Of a stretch of 64,000 bases of DNA, positions 10,344 through 20,553 are shown piece by piece. Position numbers and translations under genes: made by a program. Position 1 is the stretch's first letter. Each line of letters opens with the position of its first letter. A model generated the notes under the pieces. That model saw only the letters and a program-made list of their open reading frames with translations. It was not told the origin of the DNA and did not search any database. Source of the DNA: an uncultured virus (IMG/VR IMGVR_UViG_2718218494_000001) (taxonomy: Duplodnaviria > Heunggongvirae > Uroviricota > Caudoviricetes). The stretch lies in the IMG/VR virus record IMGVR_UViG_2718218494_000001; one strand, written 5' to 3'.

Positions 10344-10960
10344 TTTTAAAACCATCACCCGTTGAGTTGCCGGGGCCGCGGTTTTAACTTTGTGCGGGGA
10401 CCTGCTGAACCTGCCCCCTGGATAAAACCTTCACCCGTTTGAGAGCCGTTCGCCGCAAGGGCGTAAACGAGCACGGGCGACGGCAGCTGTCCAGGGCGCG
10501 GTTTACCGCGTGCCATTTACCCTGGACGGATGATGGCGACTGTGGTTGTCTCAGCCCAGGCGAATGGACTCAAACGGGTGATACGGCACCAGGGGAAAGG
10601 AGCAGGCACCCGCCGCAACGACGAAGAGCGCGGGCGCGAAACGGCGTTGCCCTGCAGAGTGCCGGCAGCTTTATCGCCGGCACGGTGAAAGCGGCGCGAC
10701 CGGAACGGTCGCAGCAAGCGCTGCTGTTGACCCTGACCTCAGACATCAGACACTAGCCGTCAGGCCCGAAACCGCGTAGCGGGTTCGGCGGAGCTTACCG
10801 CGTCTTTTCGCGGTTAGCGGAGTGTGGCTCGACGACCGGACAGCGCAGCTGGCCGGGAGCCGAAGGTGTCCAGTATGGGTGTGCTTTTAAAGCCTTTAAG
10901 GGTTAAAAAGAGGCATCACAGCAGGGAGAAGAAGAGGAAGCAGACAGACAGCAGGCAGCA
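10344..10960 (-). repeat. Leading-region repeat copy 2 (Frpo/ssi-like), upstream of ssb; internal segment differs
   Basis: Direct sequence identity with copies 1 and 3. Confidence 0.75.
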
Positions 10961-11089
10961 AACAGGGAAGACGCGGAAAGGAAATGCGGGCGGCGCGTCA
11001 GCGCGGCCCGGTTTTCCCGGCGCCGCAGGCGCGCGGTCTTTCGAGGCGCGGCCAGACGGGGACAGGTGCCCCGCCGGCTTAACGTGTCA

Positions 11090-11653
11090 TCAGACGGTTA
11101 TTCTGAGGATGGCGGTCGCTACCTGGGTATACGTGAATGTTCCCCGCGGCAACGGCTCCCAGACGTCCGCCAGGGACTCCAGCGCCTTTTGCTGACGCGG
11201 GCCGTCCAGACATATTCCAGTCAGAATCCCGCCAGGCTCAAGCAGAGTTAATGCCCGCCGGATATGCCGGATATCATCACCGCGATGAAACGGCGGATTC
11301 ATGATAATTCGTGTATACCGGCGCTCCGGATGATATTCGAGAAAATCTCCGCACCAGATCCGGACCTCCGGGAAATGCGCCTGCAGGTGACGGGCTAACC
11401 CGGCGTGCAGCTCCACGGCGTCACACTTCGCCCGGGGAACTGCATCCCTGATCGCCTGCAGTATGGCGCCCGTTCCGGCGCTGGGTTCCAGAATGCGATC
11501 GGTTTCCCGGACATCAGCCAGCTCAACCAGCCGGCGACATTCCGGGGAGGGGGTGACAAAAAGCTGCGAACTACCCTGAATTTCAGCGACAGGGGCGCGC
11601 CCTTCCAGTTTGTCCCGCATCGCCTGAATACGGTGTTTAAGGCCATGATGCAT
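11090..11653 (-). CDS. SAM-dependent (N6-adenine-type) methyltransferase
   Basis: LEPSAGTG and MNPPF motifs. Confidence 0.85.
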   Translation of the reverse strand: MHHGLKHRIQAMRDKLEGRAPVAEIQGSSQLFVTPSPECRRLVELADVRETDRILEPSAGTGAILQAIRDAVPRAKCDAVELHAGLARHLQAHFPEVRIWCGDFLEYHPERRYTRIIMNPPFHRGDDIRHIRRALTLLEPGGILTGICLDGPRQQKALESLADVWEPLPRGTFTYTQVATAILRITV

Positions 11654-11700
11654 GAATGTACTCCCTGACCTCCCCGGCAAGATGCCGGGGAGCCTTCCTG

Positions 11701-13056
11701 TTATTTTTTCGGAATTTCAACGGTTTTCATGTCTGTGATATACACATTCACGAGCGTACAACCGTGCGTCATGCACCGGCGGAAGCGGTAGGCGCCGTGT
11801 GTTTCGGTTTCTGCAGCACCCCGCACGCCTTTATAATCAGCGGGTAATTTCGCCCACTCGGCTTTTGTCATTTCCCGGAACCCTTCCCCCGGATAATTGA
11901 CGATCGGTGGGCGCTTCGCCGCTTTCTTCGCGTCGCTGGCTTCCTCCGCTGTCGGGGCTTTGTAGTCCGTGATACGGTCGGGCGTGAGTTTCATCGTGCC
12001 GCTGTAGCCCAGAAAGCGATAACCGGGCGTTTCGACTGAACTCACCTCCCCCTTACTCCGGTTAACCCGGAGAATGGTTAACCATTCTCCCCGGCTCAGT
12101 ACCTGCCCGCCTGGTTCAAATTCCTGTGTTCGGGTGACAACGCCACCATTTTCATTGAGCATCGCGCGTTCGTAGGCCAGGCGGTTCTGGTAATGATTAA
12201 CCCAGCGCTGTTGGTGGCTAATCGTGCGCTCATGACAGCGGATCGCAATATCACGCGCCTGTTCAAAAGTAATGATCTCCTCAGACAGGGCAGAATGGAG
12301 AGACATCGAGCCCTCATACTGGCTTTTCTCTGCCGGGCGGGGGTATTTGTCGAGCGTGAAGCAGGCATAAATATGGTCATAATTACTGACCAGTAACGCC
12401 ATTTTCAGATCGAGCGTCTGCGCACGCCACATCGTCATATACTCTTCAGACCGGGTAATGTGCTTTTGGGACTTGCGTAATTCCGCCTCGATTTTTTTGA
12501 TACGGCGGTAACGCACATCCGGACGCTCCTTGTATTTCGCGTGCCGCAGAGAGGCCTGCGCGCGCTGTTCCCAGTATTCGGCGCGCTCGAACAGCATCAC
12601 CGCACGTTTCATGCCGTTCTCAATTTTCTGCGCATGCCGGCGCGCGCGGCGCTCGCTGTGGTGGCCTACCAGGATCGGCTGTCCCAGCGGGACAGCCGAT
12701 GCCAGCGAATCAACATGCGCAAGCGCCTGCTCCGATTCAACCGCCCGCCGGTCACTGTAGTCACTGAACCGCCCGGCGCGCTGCTCCTGGCGATCAAACA
12801 GGGTGCTGTCCTCGTCCTCGATATCACCGGCGAGGGAAAGCAGGACATCCTCCCGCCCCGGCGTCCAGGCTGGCGCCACAAAAAGTTCCTGTTTGGGCGC
12901 CCAGCGAAAGCCTGCTTTGTTGATCAGGGAATACGTTTCTTCATCGAGCCGTAATGATGCGTAAAGTCGCAATTTATTATCATCGGGTGAATAGGTTGCC
13001 CGGTAAGTCTGGCCTGCGGTGTTTTCCGTCATGATCTGTGCGGTAGTCGGTGCCAT
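11701..13056 (-). CDS. DUF3560-domain leading-region protein
   Basis: GQPILVGHHSERRARR signature. Confidence 0.85.
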   Translation of the reverse strand: MAPTTAQIMTENTAGQTYRATYSPDDNKLRLYASLRLDEETYSLINKAGFRWAPKQELFVAPAWTPGREDVLLSLAGDIEDEDSTLFDRQEQRAGRFSDYSDRRAVESEQALAHVDSLASAVPLGQPILVGHHSERRARRHAQKIENGMKRAVMLFERAEYWEQRAQASLRHAKYKERPDVRYRRIKKIEAELRKSQKHITRSEEYMTMWRAQTLDLKMALLVSNYDHIYACFTLDKYPRPAEKSQYEGSMSLHSALSEEIITFEQARDIAIRCHERTISHQQRWVNHYQNRLAYERAMLNENGGVVTRTQEFEPGGQVLSRGEWLTILRVNRSKGEVSSVETPGYRFLGYSGTMKLTPDRITDYKAPTAEEASDAKKAAKRPPIVNYPGEGFREMTKAEWAKLPADYKGVRGAAETETHGAYRFRRCMTHGCTLVNVYITDMKTVEIPKK

Positions 13057-13107
13057 TGTGTTTTCTCCTTCCTGCAGTTGCCGCCCCTCGCGGGGCGGCT
13101 CACCTCA

Positions 13108-13338
13108 TCAGTTAAATGCGCGTTTCAGTTCCAGCGTGCGGAGTACCTGCCCGAGGGCGGTATTTTTCATCGCGGGGATGTGGACACCGCGCCCTTTGCG
13201 GTGACTTCTGGCGATATGACGCCCGAAAGCTCTGAGAGCGGGATCAATCTCCGGTGCGGTGATATCTGCGCGCAGAATGCGCGAATGACGACGGGGCTTT
13301 ACAGCGCCTGCGGAAGGTGAAAAAATAGAAACGATCAT
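13108..13338 (-). CDS. Conserved small leading-region protein
   Basis: AGGAG RBS; typical IncF position. Confidence 0.65.
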   Translation of the reverse strand: MIVSIFSPSAGAVKPRRHSRILRADITAPEIDPALRAFGRHIARSHRKGRGVHIPAMKNTALGQVLRTLELKRAFN

Positions 13339-13429
13339 AGAGTTGACTCCTTATGGTAGTTAACGAAGCCGGAAAAACCGTTCGTGCGATTTTTACGGCG
13401 TGGGAGAAGCAGGGTTTACCCTGCTTTTT

Positions 13430-13657
13430 TCATATCTGCGGTTTGCTTCCCGCTTCTTCTTCCTCCTTCTTAAGCTGATCGGTAATGTCTTCCGGTTCGC
13501 CCAGAAGCCAGCCTTTGACGGGTTCACAGCGTTCAATAAACGCTTTTATCGCCCGTTTTCCGGTCGTGGCCTGCACCCGGGTAAACATCGGCAGATTGCC
13601 GCTGGCATTGCTTCCCAGAAATGCGATCCGATACGTTCGCAATGAAGGATCCTGCAT
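13430..13657 (-). CDS. Hypothetical protein; first gene after repeat copy 3
   Basis: ORF with AGGA RBS. Confidence 0.6.
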   Translation of the reverse strand: MQDPSLRTYRIAFLGSNASGNLPMFTRVQATTGKRAIKAFIERCEPVKGWLLGEPEDITDQLKKEEEEAGSKPQI

Positions 13658-13683
13658 TTTTCTTTTTCCTGATTTTTAAAGAA

Positions 13684-14335
13684 CATCACCCGTTGAGTTG
13701 CCGGGGCCGCGGTTTTGACTTTGTGCGGGGACCTGCTGAACCTGCCCCCTGGATATAACCTTCACCCGTTTGAGAGCCGTTCGCCGCAAGGGCGTAAACG
13801 AGCACGGCCCGGTGCAGATGTCCGGGGGTGAGCGGGAAATTTTTTTCGGCCTAATGAAGCGGCAGCGGAATGGCCGGGAAAAATTTATTGCGAAAGGCCC
13901 TGCCGTCCCCTGGACAGCAAGACGGGTTGTGCTTGTCTCAGCCCCGGCGAATGGACTCAAACGGGTGATACGGGTACCAGGGGAAAGGAGCAGGCACCCG
14001 CCGCAACGACGGAACGCGCGGGCGCGAAACGGCGTTGCCCCGCAGAGTGCCGGCAGTCCTTCGCCGGCACGGTGAAAGCGGCGCGACCGGGACGGTCGCA
14101 GCAAGCGCTGCCGTTGACCCTGACGTCAGACATCAGACACTAGCCGCCAGGCCCGAAACCGCGTAGCGGGTTCGGCGGAGCTTACCGCGTCTTTTCGCGG
14201 TTAGCGGAGTGTGGCTCGACGACCGGACAGCGCAGCTGGCCGGGAGCCGAAGGTGTCCAGTATGGGTGTGCTTTTAAAGCCTTTAAGGGTTAAAAAGAGA
14301 CATCACAGCAGGAAGAAGAAGAGAAAGCAGACAGA
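13684..14335 (-). repeat. Leading-region repeat copy 3 (Frpo/ssi-like)
   Basis: Near-identical to copy 1. Confidence 0.75.
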
Positions 14336-14440
14336 CAGCAGGGAGCAAGCCGGAAACGTAAAGATGCAGGCTGGAGAGAATATGTTTTTCATGCCGCCGG
14401 AAAGAAGCCATGATAAACCGGCGGCATACCAGACGGGGCG

Positions 14441-14758
14441 TCAGGAACGGAGCTTATTTTCCTTCCTGAACTGCGCAACGCTATACCAGATTGAAGCCAG
14501 GAAAGCGAAAACGGTGATCAGGACACGAAATTCGTCACCCGGCTCTTTCCCCTTCAGCATCAGCGTTATGATGATGCCGGCAACGATAATCCACGCAATA
14601 CCACTCCAGAGGCGCAGCTTATCCGCCACGACATTAATCAGAACAAAAGCAACGGCCAGGATAGCCCCCCACAGAGCCGGAACAGGCTGAAACGGAATAA
14701 AAAACAGGTTAATACCTGTTAAAAGCGTCACGGCAGCAAACATCAGAGACATACGCAC
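14441..14758 (-). CDS. Hypothetical membrane protein
   Basis: Four hydrophobic segments; GGAGG RBS before GTG. Confidence 0.6.
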   Translation of the reverse strand: MRMSLMFAAVTLLTGINLFFIPFQPVPALWGAILAVAFVLINVVADKLRLWSGIAWIIVAGIIITLMLKGKEPGDEFRVLITVFAFLASIWYSVAQFRKENKLRS

Positions 14759-14792
14759 AGATTACCCTCCCTGGACACACTGAGTAAGAAAA

Positions 14793-15047
14793 TCAATTCT
14801 GCTGATCATCGCCCGGTTTATTATATTCGGGTGCATTTGCGCGCGGCAGCTGCTGACTGTTCAGTCGATGTACGCGGAACCGTTCATGGAAATATTCGCG
14901 CAGGTGTTCAGGCTGTTCCCGTTCAACAAGTTCCGGCATGACGGGCTTGTTCATGCGCTCCTGCCAGGCAACATCAGCAGCCACCTTATCGACGGCAACT
15001 TTGTCCTGCTCCTCCTTTGAAAAAGAGGCAATATTCCACTGCGACAT
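14793..15047 (-). CDS. holE: DNA polymerase III theta subunit homologue (HolE/Hot family)
   Basis: DKVAVDKVAADVAWQERMNKPV..ELVEREQPEHLREYFHER aligns with E. coli theta. Confidence 0.85.
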   Translation of the reverse strand: MSQWNIASFSKEEQDKVAVDKVAADVAWQERMNKPVMPELVEREQPEHLREYFHERFRVHRLNSQQLPRANAPEYNKPGDDQQN

Positions 15048-15283
15048 ACGCAAATTCAGCAAAAGAAGAAAAGGTACGCAGATATTACGCTCTTAATCCT
15101 TAACTGGCGACCTGTTGAGGTGAGGCCAGTACGCAGCGCCGCAGGTGTGGCGAACCGCCTCACCGGCAGGCGAAGCCTGCCAGGATTTTCGCGCGGCCGC
15201 ACCGATCTGCAAAGCCGGGTAAGCTCCTCACAGATCGTGCCGTCTCAGACCTTAAACGGGGCGTCGGGCGCCCCGATATAGTA

Positions 15284-15709
15284 TCAGTCCAGAGCCGCGT
15301 AAATAGCAGCGCATTCGTCATGAGAGTCAATGAAATTCCACAGCTGCGATTCCCGCAGCATCAGGTGGCGTGTCAGGGCAGCATCACCGCGTTCATGGTG
15401 CAGCCAGATACGGCGGTTGATCGCCAGCGCCGTAATGATAACTCCGGCCGCATCCGCGCTGACGGACCGATCAAACCAGTTATCCGGGTTAGTCAGATGG
15501 AAACGGTCACCGTCAGGCATCATGTAGCCGCCGCCCTCCGGAATACGGATGAAATGCCAGAAGCCTCCGCAGTAATCGGTGATGTGTTTCTCAGCGAGCG
15601 CATAGACCTGCATCTCTCCGGCCAGAAAATCGTTACCAAACAGATCCGGCAGGAACGAGAGACGGTCGGACTCCTCTACATTCAGCATGGTTTGACGGGC
15701 ATGATACAT
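15284..15709 (-). CDS. klcA: KlcA/ArdB antirestriction protein
   Basis: R.SFLP.LFG, DY.GGFWHF, GGGYMMP, SADAAG, AIYAALD; GGAGG RBS. Confidence 0.88.
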   Translation of the reverse strand: MYHARQTMLNVEESDRLSFLPDLFGNDFLAGEMQVYALAEKHITDYCGGFWHFIRIPEGGGYMMPDGDRFHLTNPDNWFDRSVSADAAGVIITALAINRRIWLHHERGDAALTRHLMLRESQLWNFIDSHDECAAIYAALD

Positions 15710-16229
15710 AGCAACCTCCACAGGTTCATAAGATTGCGGCACCGGGTTGTGCCGTGCCGACACGACAGCCCGGCGGAAAGCGGAAGATGCAAGGGCGACA
15801 CCGGAGGCCGCAGCGCAGATAAAGCACGAAGCTGGTCTGGACGGTTTTAGAGCGAAACCTGAGCGAGAAAACGACGGGAAGAACGGCGAGCTTCATAAAA
15901 AAACTGCGACCGGGCGAGGATGGCGGCGCCAGCGAACCCTTGCATCTGCAGCGGCCGGGCTAAAGTGAAGGCACGGCACTACCCGAAGCGATGCAGGAGA
16001 TACAACATGAGGTCCCCTGTCGCGGTTTACGAGCGCAGGGAGAAAAGCAGAAGCTGGCATCGCGACGCGATGGCTGCGTATAAAGGCCGCAGACCGGAGG
16101 GAGGGGGCCGGACAAAGCGGAGCCGGCGGCAAAGACAAGCCGGCGACGTCCTTATCCGGTGTTGATGGCATGGCGCCAGTTTATCAGCTGCCCGTCACCA
16201 GGCGGCCCGGGAGACCTCTCGTTCTGAGC

Positions 16230-16460
16230 TTATCGGCGATCTGGTTTATCACTGGCCACGGAGATACCAATGTACATACCGCTTCCCCAGATAATCTGAG
16301 AGAGCACAAATAGCCACAGAGGGACGTCAACAATCAACAGCGGAAGAAGAGCAACCGTCACGATTAAAATCAGGCGGCTACCGAATTGCCGGCGCACCGG
16401 TTCAGCGGCGTCAACCGGGACGCCTGCATATCGCAGAACCTGCCTTAAACCCGTATTCAT
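16230..16460 (-). CDS. Small membrane protein
   Basis: MNTGLRQ start with GGAG RBS; two hydrophobic helices. Confidence 0.5.
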   Translation of the reverse strand: MNTGLRQVLRYAGVPVDAAEPVRRQFGSRLILIVTVALLPLLIVDVPLWLFVLSQIIWGSGMYIGISVASDKPDRR

Positions 16461-16635
16461 AATCACTCCACTCAGAATAAATGCACTGTACTTCAGTATA
16501 TTACATTTTATTAGATAACGATTCTCCGGACTGGCAGCGATCCTTCTGAAATTTCCCTGTTTTTGCAGGAACAGCAAATGGTTACAGACAACGGCAACAA
16601 GATGACTTGAATAAAAACGGCCTCCGCAAAATAAT

Positions 16636-18545
16636 GTCGCGGTAGGGATACCCGTTACCGGATACCCCCCGCACAGATCCCGGCGTGCGCGATTTACGCA
16701 CCGGGCTCCTGCCTCGGGTGTCTGGCGGTGAACCGCTCCACAGGCCATGGATGAAGAACCCGAACCCTTGGTAGCCATGCGGCTGCCAGTTTGTTTGCTT
16801 TCGTCCAGGTCGTATCATCCTTCTGGCTCCTGCGCCTGAGCGCCCGGCGCCAGAGGTTTGTTACGTGTGTCCTGAACTTCTGCATGGTGGGGAAGTTGCC
16901 CGGTACCGAGTGATAGTTCAGGTATCCCTGAACCACTCTCCTGAGCCATTTTCCCTGTTCGGGGATTGAGTAATGCCAGCGCCTTCGCAGACCGTCTTTG
17001 ATGGCTTTCAGAGTTGCCGTCATCCGATCCCGGCGGGTCTTTCGTATCAGCATGAACCTGCCGTTGCGATCTTTCCCGCTGATGTGCGTGAACCCGAGGA
17101 AGTTGAACGTTTCTGGTTTGCCTTTTCCCCTGATGGCACGGTTTTCGGCAGCGAAGCGGCCGAACTCCATCAGACGGGTTTTCTCCGGGTGAACCGTGAG
17201 TCCGAACTCCCTCAGTCTGCGCTGCATGGCTATACGGAAGCGCCGGGCATCGTATCGTTTGTCGAACCCGATGACGATGTCATCGGCGTATCTGACCATT
17301 ACCACATTGCCTGTGGCATAGCGACGTCGCCACTGATGCGCCCACAGATCGAAGACGTAGTGGAGGTATATGTTTGCCAGCAGCGGTGAGATGACCGCAC
17401 CCTGTGGGGTGCCTTCCTCCGTTGCTCGCCATTGACCCTCCTCCGACGTCCCGGCTGTGAGCCACTTACGTATGAGCCTGATTACCCTCCGGTCGCCGAT
17501 CCGATGCTCTGTGAACCTGATCAGCCATTCGTGGCTCACCCTGTCGAAGAACTGACTGATGTCGGCATCCAGTACCCAGTTTACGTTAGTGCGTACCAGC
17601 CCTGTGGCCAGTGCGTCCAGTGCATCGTGCTGGCTTCGCCCGGGTCTGAACCCGTATGAGAACCCCATAAAGTCGTTTTCATAGACTGCGTTCAGGATTT
17701 TCACCAGCGCATACTGGACGATCTTGTCCTCCAGCGAGGCGATGCCGAGCGGGCGTTGTTTTCCATCCGCTTTTGGGATGTAGTGACGCCTGCCGGGCTG
17801 CGCCCTGTAGCTGCCCTGATGTAGCCTCCGGTGCAGATCTGTTATGTTGTTCTTCATGTTTCCGGCGTAGTCCATCCACCTGATGCCATCCACTCCGGCG
17901 GCCGCTTTCCTGCTCAGGGAGAGGAATGCGGCTTCCAGTGCTTCGACTGTCAGCAGGTGGAACAATGCTGTAAACCGTTCTTTCTTCCGCTGCTTCGCAG
18001 CTTCCCGCACGCGTGACAGCCTCTGTGACATGCTTTCCCGGCTCTGTGTCCGGCGCATGTGTGGCTGTTCCGCGTTCCCCTTGGCCCCGCTCCTTCGCTC
18101 CACTGACTCCGCTCCTTTCGGGTTGTTCGCCTGCTTCGCCGCTACTATGAGCGAGTCCGACTTCTCCTCTCCGTACATCACCGGCTATGACTCCTCGTCT
18201 TCCCGGTGCGGGCCATCTCCGACACTGGCAGATGGTCAGAGGGGAGATCTCCCGGTTCCCGCGTAGAGATCGTATTGACATGCCAGGGTCTCAGACCCCG
18301 CCGGGTCCATGTGGCACTCGCAGTATCGCACCCTATGATGTTGCCTTCCGTTAACAGTACAACGTCGGCACCCGGTAATTTAATATACATTTCGTGGCTC
18401 AATGGCTGGCCTGTCAACACCCCTGTCAACGCTTCGCCCCATACCTCGCGGTATGCAACGCATGACTCGGGGACCTTGTGGATTGCTGGTCCTTCAATGG
18501 TCGGGGACTTTCACCCCTTGATCTCTAACCGGTCTCCCGGCGCAC
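16636..18545 (-). mobile_element. Group II intron, 1910 nt, apparently complete
   Basis: Minus strand starts GTGCG; ends with domain V (GAGCCCGGTGCG...CGCACGCCGGGATC) and domain VI ...CCCTACCGCGAC. Confidence 0.93.
16694..18181 (-). CDS. ltrA: Group II intron reverse transcriptase/maturase; no endonuclease domain
   Basis: AAGVDG, RPLGI, GFRPGRS, GTPQG, YADD, FLGF motifs. Confidence 0.95.
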   Translation of the reverse strand: MMYGEEKSDSLIVAAKQANNPKGAESVERRSGAKGNAEQPHMRRTQSRESMSQRLSRVREAAKQRKKERFTALFHLLTVEALEAAFLSLSRKAAAGVDGIRWMDYAGNMKNNITDLHRRLHQGSYRAQPGRRHYIPKADGKQRPLGIASLEDKIVQYALVKILNAVYENDFMGFSYGFRPGRSQHDALDALATGLVRTNVNWVLDADISQFFDRVSHEWLIRFTEHRIGDRRVIRLIRKWLTAGTSEEGQWRATEEGTPQGAVISPLLANIYLHYVFDLWAHQWRRRYATGNVVMVRYADDIVIGFDKRYDARRFRIAMQRRLREFGLTVHPEKTRLMEFGRFAAENRAIRGKGKPETFNFLGFTHISGKDRNGRFMLIRKTRRDRMTATLKAIKDGLRRRWHYSIPEQGKWLRRVVQGYLNYHSVPGNFPTMQKFRTHVTNLWRRALRRRSQKDDTTWTKANKLAAAWLPRVRVLHPWPVERFTARHPRQEPGA

Positions 18546-18546
18546 A

Positions 18547-18562
18547 CTGTATATATATACAG
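18547..18562. promoter_or_regulatory. LexA (SOS) box of the umuDC-like operon
   Basis: CTGTATATATATACAG, perfect consensus. Confidence 0.93.
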
Positions 18563-18583
18563 CTTTAAGCGAGGAAAAAAACG

Positions 18584-19009
18584 ATGAAGTTCATTCCTGC
18601 AGTATCAGAAGCCAGCATAGTAAAAATTCCTTTGTTCACAGAGCGATGCCCTGCGGGTTTTCCGTCACCGGCATCAGACTACACTGAGTCTGAACTGGAT
18701 CTGAATGAGTACTGCATTCACCGGCGCCACTCCACCTATTTTGTCAGGGCGATTGGCAACTCAATGACTGATATTGGCCTCTATTCCGGCGATCTGTTGG
18801 TCGTGGATAAAGCAGAACAGCCGCGGCACGGGGATATTGTTATCGCGGAAATTGAGGGTGAATTTACGGTAAAACGCCTGCTTCTGACGCCGCGGCCAGC
18901 CCTGCAGGCGATGAACCCGGACTTCCCTTCCCTGTACCCGGATCCGGAAACGCTGCAAATTTTCGGCGTGGTGACAGCCTTCATTCATAAAACCCGGAGG
19001 GCAGACTGA
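18584..19009 (+). CDS. umuD: DNA polymerase V autoproteolytic subunit
   Basis: CPAGFPSPA cleavage site, GNSM, FTVKRL. Confidence 0.95.
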   Translation: MKFIPAVSEASIVKIPLFTERCPAGFPSPASDYTESELDLNEYCIHRRHSTYFVRAIGNSMTDIGLYSGDLLVVDKAEQPRHGDIVIAEIEGEFTVKRLLLTPRPALQAMNPDFPSLYPDPETLQIFGVVTAFIHKTRRAD

Positions 19010-20280
19010 TGTTCGCCCTGGCTGACGTCAACTCCTTCTACGCCAGTTGCGAGAAGGTTTTCAGGCCGGATTTGCGCGGCAAACCTGTCGTCGTTCTCAG
19101 TAACAACGATGGCTGCGTTATTGCCCGGAGTGCTGAAGCCAAACTGCTGGGTATAAAGATGGGAACCCCCTGGTTCCAGCTCAAAGAGGCGCAGTTTCCT
19201 GAAAAATTGTACGTTTTTTCCAGCAACTACGAGCTCTACGCGAGCCTGAGTAACCGTGTGGTCGCCCTGCTGGAAGAGCTGTCGCCCCGCGTCGAACAAT
19301 ACTCAATTGACGAATGTTTCCTGGATGCCCGGGGAATTGGCCACTGTATGGATCTGGAGGATTTTGGCAGGCAGCTGCGTGGGCATGTTCTCAGTGGAAC
19401 CGGACTGACGATCGGTGTCGGCTTCGGCGCCACAAAAACACTGGCCAAATCGGCGCAGTGGGCGTCAAAGGAATGGCCACAATTCAGGGGGGTACTGGCG
19501 CTGTCGCCCGAAAATCCACGCAGAACGGCAAAATTACTCAGCCTGCAGCCGGTGGAAGAAATCTGGGGCGTGGGGAACCGGATAGCGAAAAAGCTGCACG
19601 TTATGGGGATCACCACCGCCCTGCAGCTGTCGCTGACGAACCCCACATTTATCCGGAAAAACTTCAACGTAGTGCTGGAGCGCACGGTACGTGAGCTGAA
19701 CGGCGAGAGTTGCATTTCACTGGAGGAAGCGCCGCCGCCGAAACAGCAGATTGTCTGCAGTCGTAGCTTCGGGCAGCGGATCACCACCTACGAAGAAATG
19801 CGCCAGGCCGTCTGCCAGTATGCCGAGCGCGCGTCGGAAAAGTTGCGCGGTGAGCGACAGTACTGCCGGCATATCAGCACCTTCATCAAGACATCCCCTT
19901 TTGCGGTTAATGAGCCGTATTACGGTAACGTGGCCACGGAAAAACTGAACACCCCTACCCGTGACACCCGGGACATTATCGCGGCAGCGGTCAGGTCTCT
20001 GGACAGGATCTGGCTCGATGGCCACCGCTACGCAAAAGCGGGGATAATGCTCAATGATTTCAGTCCGAACGGCGTCGCGCAGCTGAATCTGTTCGATGAC
20101 GTGCAGCCACGGCCGCACAGCGATGCGCTGATGAAGGTACTCGACGGCATTAATCATTCCGGACTCGGGAAAGTCTGGTTTGCCGGACGGGGTATTGCGC
20201 CGGACTGGCAGATGAAACGGGAGATGCTGTCACCGGCATATACCACCCGCTGGAAGGAGCTGCCGGTTGCCCGTTTCTGA
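19009..20280 (+). CDS. umuC: Y-family DNA polymerase V subunit
   Basis: [24 protein letters not shown]. Confidence 0.96.
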   Translation: MFALADVNSFYASCEKVFRPDLRGKPVVVLSNNDGCVIARSAEAKLLGIKMGTPWFQLKEAQFPEKLYVFSSNYELYASLSNRVVALLEELSPRVEQYSIDECFLDARGIGHCMDLEDFGRQLRGHVLSGTGLTIGVGFGATKTLAKSAQWASKEWPQFRGVLALSPENPRRTAKLLSLQPVEEIWGVGNRIAKKLHVMGITTALQLSLTNPTFIRKNFNVVLERTVRELNGESCISLEEAPPPKQQIVCSRSFGQRITTYEEMRQAVCQYAERASEKLRGERQYCRHISTFIKTSPFAVNEPYYGNVATEKLNTPTRDTRDIIAAAVRSLDRIWLDGHRYAKAGIMLNDFSPNGVAQLNLFDDVQPRPHSDALMKVLDGINHSGLGKVWFAGRGIAPDWQMKREMLSPAYTTRWKELPVARF

Positions 20281-20358
20281 CCGTCGAAATGACAGACGGG
20301 ACTTGCCGCCAGAGCTTACTTTACCGATCATACAGATGACTTGTCTCAGGAGGGAACC

Positions 20359-20553
20359 ATGACAAACATCATTCTGTGTGATGTGACTGCCAGCGTCTGA
20401 GAACTTAAAAACGATCCGGTGGCCACCGCCAGTGCCGGCGGCGGCTACCCGGTCGCGATTATTGACCGCAACCGCCCTGTTTTTTATTGTGTGCCCGCGG
20501 CTCTGTATGAACAAATGCTCGATGCGCTGGACGAAAAAGACCTGGTGCAATTG
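20359..20553 (+). pseudogene. stbD: StbD/Phd-YefM-like antitoxin pseudogene (in-frame TGA at 20398, interrupted by IS; frame continues at 21876)
   Basis: MTNIILCDVTASV*ELKNDPVAT...FYCVPAALYEQMLDALD; no stbE toxin follows. Confidence 0.8.

Noticed and set aside
16694..18181. RT as retron, DGR or defence RT
   Set aside because: Has a maturase region and is embedded in complete group II intron ends (GTGCG, domain V/VI); no template/variable repeat pair seen
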